A stretch of 64,000 nucleotides of DNA from Bdellovibrionales bacterium (GTDB lineage Bacteria; Bdellovibrionota; FAC87; UBA2466), in contig SHZA01000003.1 in NCBI GenBank assembly GCA_009692515.1, forward strand, positions 11,966 to 75,965, given 5' to 3'. The notes under the pieces are model-generated. The model was not told where the DNA came from, ran no database searches, and saw only the letters and a list, made by a program, of their open reading frames with translations. The translations under genes and the position numbers were made by a program. Every line of letters starts with the position of its first letter. The stretch's first letter is position 1. This document shows, piece by piece, positions 18,055 through 27,583 of this stretch.

Positions 18055-20249
18055 GGATCACCGTAAAACTTTTCGATAGTAATATTTTAGTTTTAACAAA
18101 GCTTTTCGATGTGGGAAGTTTTCGAGTAGGTAAGTCTGAGTTTTCTGACATTGTTTTGCCGGACGAAAGTGTGAGTCGAAGTGCTTTGGAAATAAGAGTT
18201 ACGGAGGAGAGTGTATATGTCACTAACATGGGCGGCTCTGGACTACTAAAAATTGATGGTAAAAAACGCGAAACGGGTCAGTTGAAAGATGGGTCTACTA
18301 TTGAGGTTTCAAAATTTAAATTAGTAATATTTCTAAGCGCAGAAGAGCTAGCATCTTCCAATTCGAAACAAATAAAACCCATAGACGCTGTGGAAAAAAA
18401 TCCAGAAAATATTGAAGAACCGCAACCGGAAGACTATCCAGCAGCCGGATTATTCCCAGCTCCTCCTGAGGCTGAAGGCAATGATGATCAGTCTAACGAG
18501 GAAAATAATGATTTTCAGGGGGATAAATACCAAAATCAGAATGACGAGGGAGAACAGGTTTTTGAATTTCCTGATCCAGCCATCGCAAAACAGCCACCGA
18601 GTAGTTCCTTTATTGAGGGGAATTTAGCACTTAAGGAGCGAACAGAAACTTTAGCGGAGTCAAAACCCTTAATCGCCAAAATTATGTTTATAGCGGGCCC
18701 TCGCGCCGGAGAAGAGATTTCACTTCAGTCTTTCGAGCTCAGTTTTGGAAGAAGTCGAAAAGCTGATGTCATGTTGAATGATGATAAATTATCACGAGTT
18801 CACGCCAAAATTATTCGTTTCGGAACGGGGTATCGAGTTCTTGACCTTAACAGTCGTAATGGAACCTGTGTCAACGGAGTCAGAATTCTTGAACATCCCC
18901 TAAGTAGTTATGATGTGATTGAATTTGGGAGTACTAAAATTAAATTCCTGATTCATGATCTGCTATTACATGAGGTAGGCAATGCCACTGGATTAATACC
19001 CGTGCAAACGGCGGGCAAAGAATCAACAAAATCGTTGTACTTGGATTCAGATGAACGATTGGAATTAAGTAAACTTAGAAAATCGAGCAGTGGATCTCCT
19101 CCTGTTGCTATCGAAGAGGAAAGGGATGACGAGTTTTTTGTTGAGCCAGAACCCAAGAAAAGGTCGATAGTAAGGCTTGTTCTTGTAATAGTAATAACCA
19201 TAGGGCTAGTCTTGTGGTGGATGAATTTATCCAATGGGAAGCCAAAAGAGGCAAACCCAATCGCAACAACCAAATCGGCTACAGCGATCACCGATAAAAA
19301 TAATGTGGTGCCAAGAATTCCCAAAGATTTTGCTGAACTCACCGACGAAATGAAGCGCAAGATTGAAGGGGCTTATATTAATGCAAGTAGCGTTTCTCAA
19401 AGAGCAGATTTAACACTAGAAGATATTGAAAAGACGCGAGAGGATTTAAGAAGAATTCATCAGTCTCTTCCCTATTATAAAAACTCAAGAGAATTGCTAG
19501 AACAATTAGATAAGAGGTATCGCGATAAATCTTCACAATTAGCCGCTGAGAAAGCAAAACAAGATGAGGTTCAGGATCTAAATATTTATCTAGAAGATGG
19601 AATCGAATATCTTAAACAAGGGGAATTTGAAAGAGCTGCCGAGTCGTTTCAGTTGGCTTTAAATTTAGACCCAAGAAATTTGGTAGCAGCAAAGGGCTTT
19701 AAAGCAGCTGAACTTAAAGTAAAAGATTTAGAAAACCTCCCACCGGATAGTGATCCTGAGGAGGAAAAAAAATATCTTATCAAGCAACTTTATGAAAAAG
19801 CGCTCACAGCTTTAGGTAATCGGGGGTATCAAGAGGCGATAGATTTAGCTGAGCAGATTCGGAAGATAAACTTGAAATCGGATCAAACCTATTTGAATGA
19901 GGCAAAACAAATAATTGATAGAGCCAAAATTGCTCAGAAAGAGGAGTTTGAACCCTTCCTAATTCAGGCCAAAGAGAAGTTTGCAGAGGGTGATTATAAT
20001 GCCACTCGTGATCTATGTGAAGAAATGCTAAAGCGAGATCCGGCCTATGAAGATGCCAAAGAGTTGCTATTAAAATCTAAGAAACAACTGAGTCGCCTTG
20101 CCAAAGAGGCTTATATCCATGGTTATATTTTAGAAAGTATTGGTCAGATTGAACAGGCGAAACAGTATTGGAATCGAGCTAAAAATTACGTTCGTTCGGG
20201 CGATGAATATTTTGATAAAGTGAATAAAAAACTAGATCAGTATCAATAG
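18051..20249 (+). CDS. Tandem-FHA membrane protein with acidic linker and C-terminal TPR/coiled-coil periplasmic region
   Basis: Degenerate N-terminal FHA-like region; second canonical FHA (FGRSRKADVMLNDDKLSRVHAKIIRFGTGYRVLDLNSRNGTCVNG); TM helix ~aa 370-392; ATGA overlap with upstream gene. Confidence 0.6.
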   Translation: MRITVKLFDSNILVLTKLFDVGSFRVGKSEFSDIVLPDESVSRSALEIRVTEESVYVTNMGGSGLLKIDGKKRETGQLKDGSTIEVSKFKLVIFLSAEELASSNSKQIKPIDAVEKNPENIEEPQPEDYPAAGLFPAPPEAEGNDDQSNEENNDFQGDKYQNQNDEGEQVFEFPDPAIAKQPPSSSFIEGNLALKERTETLAESKPLIAKIMFIAGPRAGEEISLQSFELSFGRSRKADVMLNDDKLSRVHAKIIRFGTGYRVLDLNSRNGTCVNGVRILEHPLSSYDVIEFGSTKIKFLIHDLLLHEVGNATGLIPVQTAGKESTKSLYLDSDERLELSKLRKSSSGSPPVAIEEERDDEFFVEPEPKKRSIVRLVLVIVITIGLVLWWMNLSNGKPKEANPIATTKSATAITDKNNVVPRIPKDFAELTDEMKRKIEGAYINASSVSQRADLTLEDIEKTREDLRRIHQSLPYYKNSRELLEQLDKRYRDKSSQLAAEKAKQDEVQDLNIYLEDGIEYLKQGEFERAAESFQLALNLDPRNLVAAKGFKAAELKVKDLENLPPDSDPEEEKKYLIKQLYEKALTALGNRGYQEAIDLAEQIRKINLKSDQTYLNEAKQIIDRAKIAQKEEFEPFLIQAKEKFAEGDYNATRDLCEEMLKRDPAYEDAKELLLKSKKQLSRLAKEAYIHGYILESIGQIEQAKQYWNRAKNYVRSGDEYFDKVNKKLDQYQ

Positions 20250-20300
20250 AGATTTCGGTCGGAAAATTCAAATCCTAGTGATTCTAGAAACAGAATAAAT

Positions 20301-20342
20301 AAAAAACGGGCACCTATAAAAAGGTGCCCGTTTTGATTTTTT
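20301..20342. terminator. Bidirectional rho-independent terminator between convergent genes
   Basis: AAAAAA-AACGGGCACC-tataaaaa-GGTGCCCGTT-TTTTGATTTTTT; perfect 10-bp stem flanked by A-run and T-run. Confidence 0.8.
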
Positions 20343-20348
20343 AGGAAA

Positions 20349-21800
20349 TTAGTCTAAAGAAACCCAAACACTCTTGACCTGTGTGTATAACTCAAGAGCA
20401 TACTTTCCAAGTTCTCTTCCGAAGCCACTTTGCTTAAATCCTCCGAAAGGAGACGCGGCATCAAAACAGTTGAAACAGTTAATCCAAACGGTTCCTGCTT
20501 TAATTTCCTTTGCGAGACGGTGAGCCTTTCCGATATCTCGAGTCCAGATTCCTGCAGAAAGGCCATAGATCGTATCATTGGCCTGTTTTCGAAGGTCATC
20601 TTGATTCTTAAAAGGAATCGCGCATACGACAGGTCCAAAGATCTCTTCTCTGGCGACCGTCATTTGATTATTCACCCCTTGTAAAATAGTGGGCTTCATA
20701 AAGTATCCTTGTTTGTGAGCAGGGGCTCCACCTGTTACGACTTTAGCGCCTTCCTGTTTTCCTTTTTCGATATAGTTCAAGATTTTATTGAACTGTTCTT
20801 TATTAACTTGGGCCCCCATTTGAGTTTTTGGGTCTAAAGGATTTCCCACGATCATTTTTTCTACACGAGTTTTTAGCATTGAAATAAATTCATCGTGAAT
20901 TTTTTCTTCAAGAAAAAGTCTTGAACCTGCACAACAAACCTCTCCTTGATTGAAGAAAATTCCACGCATGGCTCCATCGACTGCAGCACTTAAATCGGAA
21001 TCGGCAAATACGATGTTTGGTGCTTTGCCACCCAACTCCAGAGAGACTCGTTTTAAATTTGATTCAGCTGCCAATCGCATTACAAGCTTTCCGACCTCGG
21101 TGCTTCCGGTAAAAGCGACCTTATCGACGTCATTATGACTCGCAATCGCTGCTCCTGCAGTGGGCCCAAAGCCTGGAATAATATTAACCACACCCGGGGG
21201 TAATCCTGCCTCTATTAAAATCTCTCCAAGTTTGAGTGCTGTTAATGGAGTTTGTTCTGCTGGCTTTAACACTACGGTACAACCTGTAGCTAAAGCAGGA
21301 CCCAATTTCCAAGCGGCCATCAGAAGTGGAAAATTCCAAGGAATGATCTGCCCAACGACCCCAGTCGGTTCTCTCAAGGTGTAGTTGAAAAAATTTCCAT
21401 TTACGGGAATGGTATCTCCGTGAATTTTATCAGCCAAACCTGCGTAGTATTCAAAGGTCTCAATGGCTAAGGGTAGATCGGCATTGAGTGTTTCGCTGAT
21501 AGGCTTACCGTTATTTAGGGTCTCTAGTTCAGCAAATTCTGTTTTATGTTTTTGTAATAGTAGTGCGACTCGATTTAAAATTCTTCCACGTTCTCTGGCG
21601 GTCATGTTTTTCCAAGGGCCAGTTTCAAAGGCTTGACGAGCCGATTTTACTGCTCGGTCGATATCCTTCGCATCTCCTTCAGCTACATCGGTAAGCTTTT
21701 GTTCAGTAGCGGGATTAAAGACATCGAATCGTTTGCCACTTTCTGCTTCGCACCATTCGTTATTAATTAACAATTTTCCAGGTTTTACTAATTGCATCAT
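20349..21800 (-). CDS. NAD(P)+-dependent aldehyde dehydrogenase
   Basis: ALDH signatures ELGGKAPNIVF and FFNQGEVCCAGSR (catalytic Cys). Confidence 0.85.
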   Translation of the reverse strand: MMQLVKPGKLLINNEWCEAESGKRFDVFNPATEQKLTDVAEGDAKDIDRAVKSARQAFETGPWKNMTARERGRILNRVALLLQKHKTEFAELETLNNGKPISETLNADLPLAIETFEYYAGLADKIHGDTIPVNGNFFNYTLREPTGVVGQIIPWNFPLLMAAWKLGPALATGCTVVLKPAEQTPLTALKLGEILIEAGLPPGVVNIIPGFGPTAGAAIASHNDVDKVAFTGSTEVGKLVMRLAAESNLKRVSLELGGKAPNIVFADSDLSAAVDGAMRGIFFNQGEVCCAGSRLFLEEKIHDEFISMLKTRVEKMIVGNPLDPKTQMGAQVNKEQFNKILNYIEKGKQEGAKVVTGGAPAHKQGYFMKPTILQGVNNQMTVAREEIFGPVVCAIPFKNQDDLRKQANDTIYGLSAGIWTRDIGKAHRLAKEIKAGTVWINCFNCFDAASPFGGFKQSGFGRELGKYALELYTQVKSVWVSLD

Positions 21801-22002
21801 CGCCTCCCATTTATTAGTTATACTAGCCTATAAGTCTTGGCTGAGCTTGGCCTTTAAGTCAAATTGGAAACTTTAGTCTACAGCTGTTAAGATAAGTAAG
21901 ATCACTTTATCGTATCTCTATAAATTTGAGGTATTCTTAGATCATAGTCATCTCTAGATTCTCCAGTTACTACTGTTCCATCCATAAAAAACCGGGGTTA
22001 TT

Positions 22003-22503
22003 ATGCGAGGCATCATAAATTTAAGGCCGAGTATTTATTTTATATTGGTATTACTATTTATCTCAACTAGCTGTGGTCTAAAGCCGGCAGGGTCAAATGA
22101 AGCTGCTTCAGTTCCCACCACCTCACTTTCGGTCTATGTATTTTCGGCTCCTTGGTGTGCGGAATGTAATCGGGAACTGCCCCTATTGAAGGAAAAATAT
22201 TTTAAGGAACTTACCCTGGCCGAGCAATCTCAGGTTTCAGTTAGTGTATTTGTGGTGACTGGAAAAACACCAGGGCAAGTGGCGAGTCAAGAGGTGGCTG
22301 ATGAGTATGGAAATTCTTTGGCACTTCCCTTTACAATGCTTCCTGACAAATCTTACAAAATGTATCGCAAGTATTTTGAAGAGGGGAATGCTATTCCAGC
22401 AGCGGTATTACTAGATAATAATCAGCAGGCGATCCAATTGTATGAAGCAGGAAGTACAGATTTGAATGATCTATTTGCAAAAATAAAACAGAACTTAAAT
22501 TAA
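22003..22503 (+). CDS. TlpA-like thiol:disulfide oxidoreductase (redoxin), probable lipoprotein
   Basis: Signal peptide ending …STSCG; thioredoxin-fold CxxC motif WCAEC. Confidence 0.55.
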   Translation: MRGIINLRPSIYFILVLLFISTSCGLKPAGSNEAASVPTTSLSVYVFSAPWCAECNRELPLLKEKYFKELTLAEQSQVSVSVFVVTGKTPGQVASQEVADEYGNSLALPFTMLPDKSYKMYRKYFEEGNAIPAAVLLDNNQQAIQLYEAGSTDLNDLFAKIKQNLN

Positions 22504-22507
22504 TAGG

Positions 22508-22990
22508 GTGAATAAAATGAGAGTCTTAACTCTTATAGTGCTAATTTTTTCTAGCCTTTCTTTTGCTAAAATTGCCCCTAGTTTTCAAGGTGAGTTAATG
22601 GGCGGTGGGCGAGTTAATTTAGCCGATGAATTAGGTAAGGACCATTCAAAGGCTCTATTGTTGTGTTTTTGGGCCACATGGTGTGCTCCTTGTATGCAAG
22701 AGTTAAAACAGGTGACCGAGAAGCTAAAAAATGATCCGACCATTCCCTTGAAACTTCTAACTATAAATGTGGATACGGCTGAAACAGCAAGTGACGTTAG
22801 TCCCACATTAAAGCTGTATGATTTTAAAATACCTGTGATTAAAGATCAAAAACATGAAATATTTTCTAAGTATCAAGACGCAAAAACGTTACCTTTTTCT
22901 GTTTTAATAAAGCCCAATGGTGAAATAGCCGAAACTTTTAATGGCTTTCATGAAACGATGTTTACTAAAGTAAGAGAGGCCTTAAAATGA
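22508..22990 (+). CDS. TlpA-like thiol:disulfide oxidoreductase (redoxin)
   Basis: Signal peptide; WCAPC motif; alternative ATG start at 22517. Confidence 0.55.
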   Translation: MNKMRVLTLIVLIFSSLSFAKIAPSFQGELMGGGRVNLADELGKDHSKALLLCFWATWCAPCMQELKQVTEKLKNDPTIPLKLLTINVDTAETASDVSPTLKLYDFKIPVIKDQKHEIFSKYQDAKTLPFSVLIKPNGEIAETFNGFHETMFTKVREALK

Positions 22991-24486
22991 AAGGGGTCTT
23001 TACTTTATTGGCCATTCTCTCAGCGATGGCTTTTTCAGCAACTGAAATGGGCAGCACCTCAGATTCTCTTTCTAATAATTTCAGAGTTTCGGCGTCGAAC
23101 CATCTAATTTTTTCAAGTGCAAATAACGATGTTGATAAAACCTCTCCCCCAGTAAAAAGTTTTCTAAATGAAGGAAAGGCTAGGGTCGAATTTGGGTACT
23201 GGAGTGGGGGTCTTCATTTTACAAATAGTTATCTAGCTTCCAATAATCCTAAAACGAATCGATTAATCCACTTAGAAAAAAAATCATTGAGATATGAATC
23301 TAAAAACTGGCAGGTGATTGTCGGCGATAGTCATCAAGAATTGGGTAGGGGCATGGCACTATCCCTTTACAGTGAACCGGTATTTGGCATTGATAACAGT
23401 CTAGAAGGGGCCGTGGTTAAATATCGACCCGAAAACTTTGAAATGACCTTCTGGGGTGGAAGAGTAAATACTTTAGTGACTCCAGTAGCGATCAATCCCG
23501 TTGATATGAGAATGAAAGATCGTAATGTTATAATGGCAAGTGGATCCCTAGGATATAAATTAAATGGTAACAATCGCTTAGGAGGCCATTATTTAATCAC
23601 CGTCAATCAGCGAAAATTAGATTCGGATTTAGATAAAAGACTGCAAACGGTAGGCCTAACATTTTCGCAAGAAAATATTTTGAATTCGATAGATCTGTAT
23701 CTAGAATCGAATGCCATGGTGACCGATAAGGCCAACAAAGGACACTGGATTAGAAATCCTAATGCGAGTGCTAGTTTTGCTTCTCTATCCTGGTCAAAGT
23801 CTCCATGGACGTTAAAGGGCGAACTGAAAGATTATCGAAAGTTTGATTGTGATTTTAGAAGACCTCCCTCTTTGGAAGAGGACGTTCCTTTAGTTAATGT
23901 ACCTAATAATGTCAGTGATGTGACGGCAGCTAGAATTTATGCAGAGAACAGGTCCCTTGAAACCGGCACCAAAATTTATTCCTCTTTTCTTTATGGGCGA
24001 GACCGTTTGGAGAATGCAAATTTTTATCATGCCGTACTAGGTAATAAAATTCCACTGGGCCGAAAATCTGAGGTTGAATTTAAAACAGGTTATCGATGGT
24101 TGTTGAATCACAGTAATATTTCACATGGGTCTATCAAAGGGAAAATAAAAACTTTGCCTGGGCAGATGGTGGAACTTGAATTTAGAAAACAATATTCGCA
24201 GCTGCAATTAAATACTACCCCGACCCAAGAAGATAGAAATGCAGTTGCCATCACCTACTCATTTTCTGAATCATGGAACATGTCGGCCGGATTGGAATAT
24301 GTTCCTACAAATGATTTGGAATTAGGAAAAGAATTTTTTAATCTTGGAGCCTCTTATAAGAAAGGTTCACTCTCTTCTCGGGCGTTTATCGGCGAGACTA
24401 GTGGAGGAGCTCAATGTGCGGGGGGAGTTTGCCGCCAGGCACCAGCCTACTCTGGGGCCATGCTAGAGGCCTCCTATTTATTTTAA
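22987..24486 (+). CDS. Putative outer-membrane beta-barrel protein
   Basis: Signal peptide; alternating amphipathic beta-strand pattern; C-terminal aromatic …ASYLF; ATGA overlap with upstream redoxin. Confidence 0.45.
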   Translation: MKGVFTLLAILSAMAFSATEMGSTSDSLSNNFRVSASNHLIFSSANNDVDKTSPPVKSFLNEGKARVEFGYWSGGLHFTNSYLASNNPKTNRLIHLEKKSLRYESKNWQVIVGDSHQELGRGMALSLYSEPVFGIDNSLEGAVVKYRPENFEMTFWGGRVNTLVTPVAINPVDMRMKDRNVIMASGSLGYKLNGNNRLGGHYLITVNQRKLDSDLDKRLQTVGLTFSQENILNSIDLYLESNAMVTDKANKGHWIRNPNASASFASLSWSKSPWTLKGELKDYRKFDCDFRRPPSLEEDVPLVNVPNNVSDVTAARIYAENRSLETGTKIYSSFLYGRDRLENANFYHAVLGNKIPLGRKSEVEFKTGYRWLLNHSNISHGSIKGKIKTLPGQMVELEFRKQYSQLQLNTTPTQEDRNAVAITYSFSESWNMSAGLEYVPTNDLELGKEFFNLGASYKKGSLSSRAFIGETSGGAQCAGGVCRQAPAYSGAMLEASYLF

Positions 24487-24884
24487 AATTGAATCTGAGC
24501 TGCCCGTTTTTGCCAAAAAAGAAATAAACAGGCAAAACCCACTAAAACACTACTAATCACTGCAAGAAGAAACCACACCCCTGAATTCACACTTTGCACC
24601 ATAGGAGAATTAGGATCTCCGAAGCAAACCGCACAGGCCCATGCCTTTTGAGAACTCCCAAATAGACAATAGGCGATGGCTAAAAATCCAACTGCTTTAT
24701 ATTTTTTTAAGAACCAAATAAGGTAAAAAGCAAGTGAAGTCGCCGTTAGAAATGATCCAAAGGCCATTGCCAACATTTCCCAGCCTTCAGTGGCAACGTA
24801 TTGTGAAACACACCACCCACCAAAACAGGTTGAAAAGATAAAACAGACGACGATAAAAAAGGTGTGAAACGCTTTTAGAGACAT
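24483..24884 (-). CDS. Small 4-TM membrane protein with CxxC motif, downstream of cytochrome oxidase operon
   Basis: Four hydrophobic helices; CAVCFGD motif; function unknown. Confidence 0.35.
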   Translation of the reverse strand: MSLKAFHTFFIVVCFIFSTCFGGWCVSQYVATEGWEMLAMAFGSFLTATSLAFYLIWFLKKYKAVGFLAIAYCLFGSSQKAWACAVCFGDPNSPMVQSVNSGVWFLLAVISSVLVGFACLFLFWQKRAAQIQF

Positions 24885-24908
24885 AAACTACCATCCCTTT
24901 TATTGGAT

Positions 24909-25211
24909 CTATTTATACCCATGAAGAGTAAAAATAGGAATCAACATTAAGAATATAAACAGAATTAAGGTAAGCCACAACATGGAATAAATAATCTTTT
25001 TCTCAGAGATTAAGTGCATGAAGTAGGCTGCAACTAAGCCACCTTTGACACTTGCTACCGCCATCGCCAGTAAAATAGCTAAATGGATAGGAAGGTGCAG
25101 GTAGGAGATAGCAACTGTAATAATAGTCAAACAAAGAAGCGCTCCAAAAACAACGTAATAGCCCCTAAGGTGCTTCTTCACTTCTTCTACCGTCATTTCA
25201 CCGTGACTCAT
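24909..25211 (-). CDS. Cytochrome c oxidase subunit IV (prokaryotic CoxD-type)
   Basis: ~100 aa, three TM helices, operon position after subunit III. Confidence 0.55.
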   Translation of the reverse strand: MSHGEMTVEEVKKHLRGYYVVFGALLCLTIITVAISYLHLPIHLAILLAMAVASVKGGLVAAYFMHLISEKKIIYSMLWLTLILFIFLMLIPIFTLHGYK

Positions 25212-25238
25212 GTTGATTTCTCCTTCGGCTGTTTTAAA

Positions 25239-25841
25239 TTATAAAAGATATAAAGCTGGGAATAAAAAGATCCAAACTAAGTCGACAAAATGCCAGTAAA
25301 GGCCTGCACATTCAATGCGACCCGTAAATCTCTCTGGCTCTGTTTTCCACATCTTACTACCAGGCCCCATCAGATAAAGATTGGTGATGATGCCACCGAT
25401 CACATGAAGTCCGTGAAGCCCTGTCATCGTGAAGTAAACTGCATAAAAAGTACTAGTTGAAGGGTAATGCTCGTGGTGAAACTTACTACTGTACTCAAAG
25501 TATTTAATGATTAAGAAACCAAAGGAAAGCAGTACGGTTAAACCCATGTGGAGTTTAAACTTCATTAAATTTTTCATCTTTAATGATGCCCAAGAGAGAA
25601 CAATCGTTACGCTTGATGTGATTAGAAACACCGTATTTAGCGTAGCTAAAGGCACATTAAGAACATCTGAACCATGGGCTGGCCAATCTGTGGCTGAACT
25701 TCTGAGAATGATAAGTGTGGAGAATAACGCTCCAAACAACATTACTTCAGAGGCCAAAAATAACCAGATCCCAAGCTTTGCATTAGTAACACCGGTCACT
25801 GGATTGGGTTTATCGATATAAGGGATAATAACTGACATCAC
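25239..25841 (-). CDS. ctaE: Cytochrome c oxidase subunit III
   Basis: Polytopic; COX3-like sequence (…YWHFVDLVWIFLFPALYLL C-terminus typical of subunit III). Confidence 0.8.
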   Translation of the reverse strand: MMSVIIPYIDKPNPVTGVTNAKLGIWLFLASEVMLFGALFSTLIILRSSATDWPAHGSDVLNVPLATLNTVFLITSSVTIVLSWASLKMKNLMKFKLHMGLTVLLSFGFLIIKYFEYSSKFHHEHYPSTSTFYAVYFTMTGLHGLHVIGGIITNLYLMGPGSKMWKTEPERFTGRIECAGLYWHFVDLVWIFLFPALYLL

Positions 25842-27583
25842 GCCTCCTGAACAAACTGCGGTAAAGGTTTTTTATTTGAAGAATACTCATAAGGACCTCT
25901 AAAAACTTCCACAGGGGTGGTGAAGTTCTCGTGAGGCGGAGGAGAGGCTGTGGCCCATTCCAAAGTCGTACCCCCCCAAGGATTATTCGACTCAATTTTT
26001 TTGCCCCACTTCCAACTGGTCGCCATATTGTAAAGAAAAGGCAATTGAGCTACGGCTAAAGCCCAAGCACAATAGGACATAAAGACATTTAAAGGCTGCG
26101 CTGCAGCCCCGTGAGCATAGATTGTTTGGTCATAAAGACGACGAGACACTCCAGCCATTCCCATGAAAAACATCGGCATGAAGACTCCGTTAATTGCGAC
26201 TACAGATAACCAGAAATGAATTTTTCCAAGTGTATCGCTCATGAATCTGCCGGTGATTTTAGGGTACCAATGATAAACACCCGCCATCAAGGCAAACAAG
26301 CTTCCCGGAGCTACCACATAATGGAAATGGCCAATCACATAATAGGTATCATGTAGATGAATATCCGAAGCGGTTAATCCCAAGGGAAGACCGGTTAAGC
26401 CACCAATGGCAAACATCGGTAAAAATGCGATTGCAAATAACATTGGCACCGTGTAGCGAATTGAAGATCCCCATAAAGTTAACAGATAGGTTGTTAAAAT
26501 AATAATCGAAGGGACTGAAATAATCATCGTAGTGGCTTGGAAGAATGTGCTCATGGTCACTCCCATTCCAGTCATAAACATATGATGAGCCCAAACGATA
26601 AAGGACATGAATCCTAAAAATATAATTGAGTAAATTAAAGTCTTATAGCCATAAAGAGGTTTTTTCGTATTCACGGCAATAATCTCTCCTACAATTCCCA
26701 CTGCAGGTAAAATTAATACGTAAACTTCAGGGTGAGCTAAAAACCAGAAAAGATGTTGCCAGAGAATTGGATTTCCACCGCCACTTACTTTTAAGGCTTC
26801 ACCACTCACAACTAATCCAGAGGGTAGGAAGAAACTAGTTCCCGCTAAACGATCCATCAATTGTAGAACGCCAGCAGCTTCTAGTGGAGGAAAGGCCAAG
26901 AGAAGTAAAAAGGCGGTCACTACCTGAGCCCAGACCAATACTGGCCATCGCATAAAGGAAAGTCCCTTAACTCTTAACTGAATGGCGGTCACAATAGTAT
27001 TAACCGACCCCAATAACGAGGAGGTAATTAAAAAAACCATTCCAATCAACCAAAAAGTTTGGCCATTATCTGCTACTACAGAAAGAGGAGGATAGGAGGT
27101 CCAACCCGAAGCTGCAGCCCCATTAGGACTAAAAAAGCTAGCTAACATGATCACGCCACCGATAAAATAAACCCAGTAACTCAGCAGGTTCAATTTTGGA
27201 AAGGCCATATCCTGAGCGCCTACTTGCAAAGGCAATAGGTAGTTACCAAAAGCGCCAACCCCTAAAGGCACTACACCAAGAAATACCATGATAGTTCCAT
27301 GCATAGCTCCAAACTGATTATACAGTTCTGGGCTTAGCACTCCGTCTTCAGTAAACAGCTTTCCGATTAGAGGAATCGCCTGTTTTGGAAAGGCCAACTG
27401 CCATCGCATGAGCAACATCAAACCAAATCCAAACAGTAGGAAAAAAACAGCGGTGATTCCGTATTGAAGACCAATCACTTTGTGATCGGTGGAAAAAATA
27501 TATTTCCGCCAGAAGGGCAATTCATGACCGACAGAGTGACTGTGATCATGTCCATGTGAGTGGTTGTGTGTATCTTGTGACAT
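25838..27583 (-). CDS. ctaD: Cytochrome c oxidase subunit I (heme-copper oxidase)
   Basis: 12+ TM helices; His ligand motifs incl. WAHHMF; ATGA-type overlap with subunit III. Confidence 0.9.
   Translation of the reverse strand: MSQDTHNHSHGHDHSHSVGHELPFWRKYIFSTDHKVIGLQYGITAVFFLLFGFGLMLLMRWQLAFPKQAIPLIGKLFTEDGVLSPELYNQFGAMHGTIMVFLGVVPLGVGAFGNYLLPLQVGAQDMAFPKLNLLSYWVYFIGGVIMLASFFSPNGAAASGWTSYPPLSVVADNGQTFWLIGMVFLITSSLLGSVNTIVTAIQLRVKGLSFMRWPVLVWAQVVTAFLLLLAFPPLEAAGVLQLMDRLAGTSFFLPSGLVVSGEALKVSGGGNPILWQHLFWFLAHPEVYVLILPAVGIVGEIIAVNTKKPLYGYKTLIYSIIFLGFMSFIVWAHHMFMTGMGVTMSTFFQATTMIISVPSIIILTTYLLTLWGSSIRYTVPMLFAIAFLPMFAIGGLTGLPLGLTASDIHLHDTYYVIGHFHYVVAPGSLFALMAGVYHWYPKITGRFMSDTLGKIHFWLSVVAINGVFMPMFFMGMAGVSRRLYDQTIYAHGAAAQPLNVFMSYCAWALAVAQLPFLYNMATSWKWGKKIESNNPWGGTTLEWATASPPPHENFTTPVEVFRGPYEYSSNKKPLPQFVQEA

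Noticed and set aside
25507-25995. ORFs 25507..25821 (+) and 25810..25995 (-) and 26349..26594 (-)
   Set aside because: They are embedded in or antisense to cytochrome oxidase subunit I/III coding sequence. These are spurious frames.
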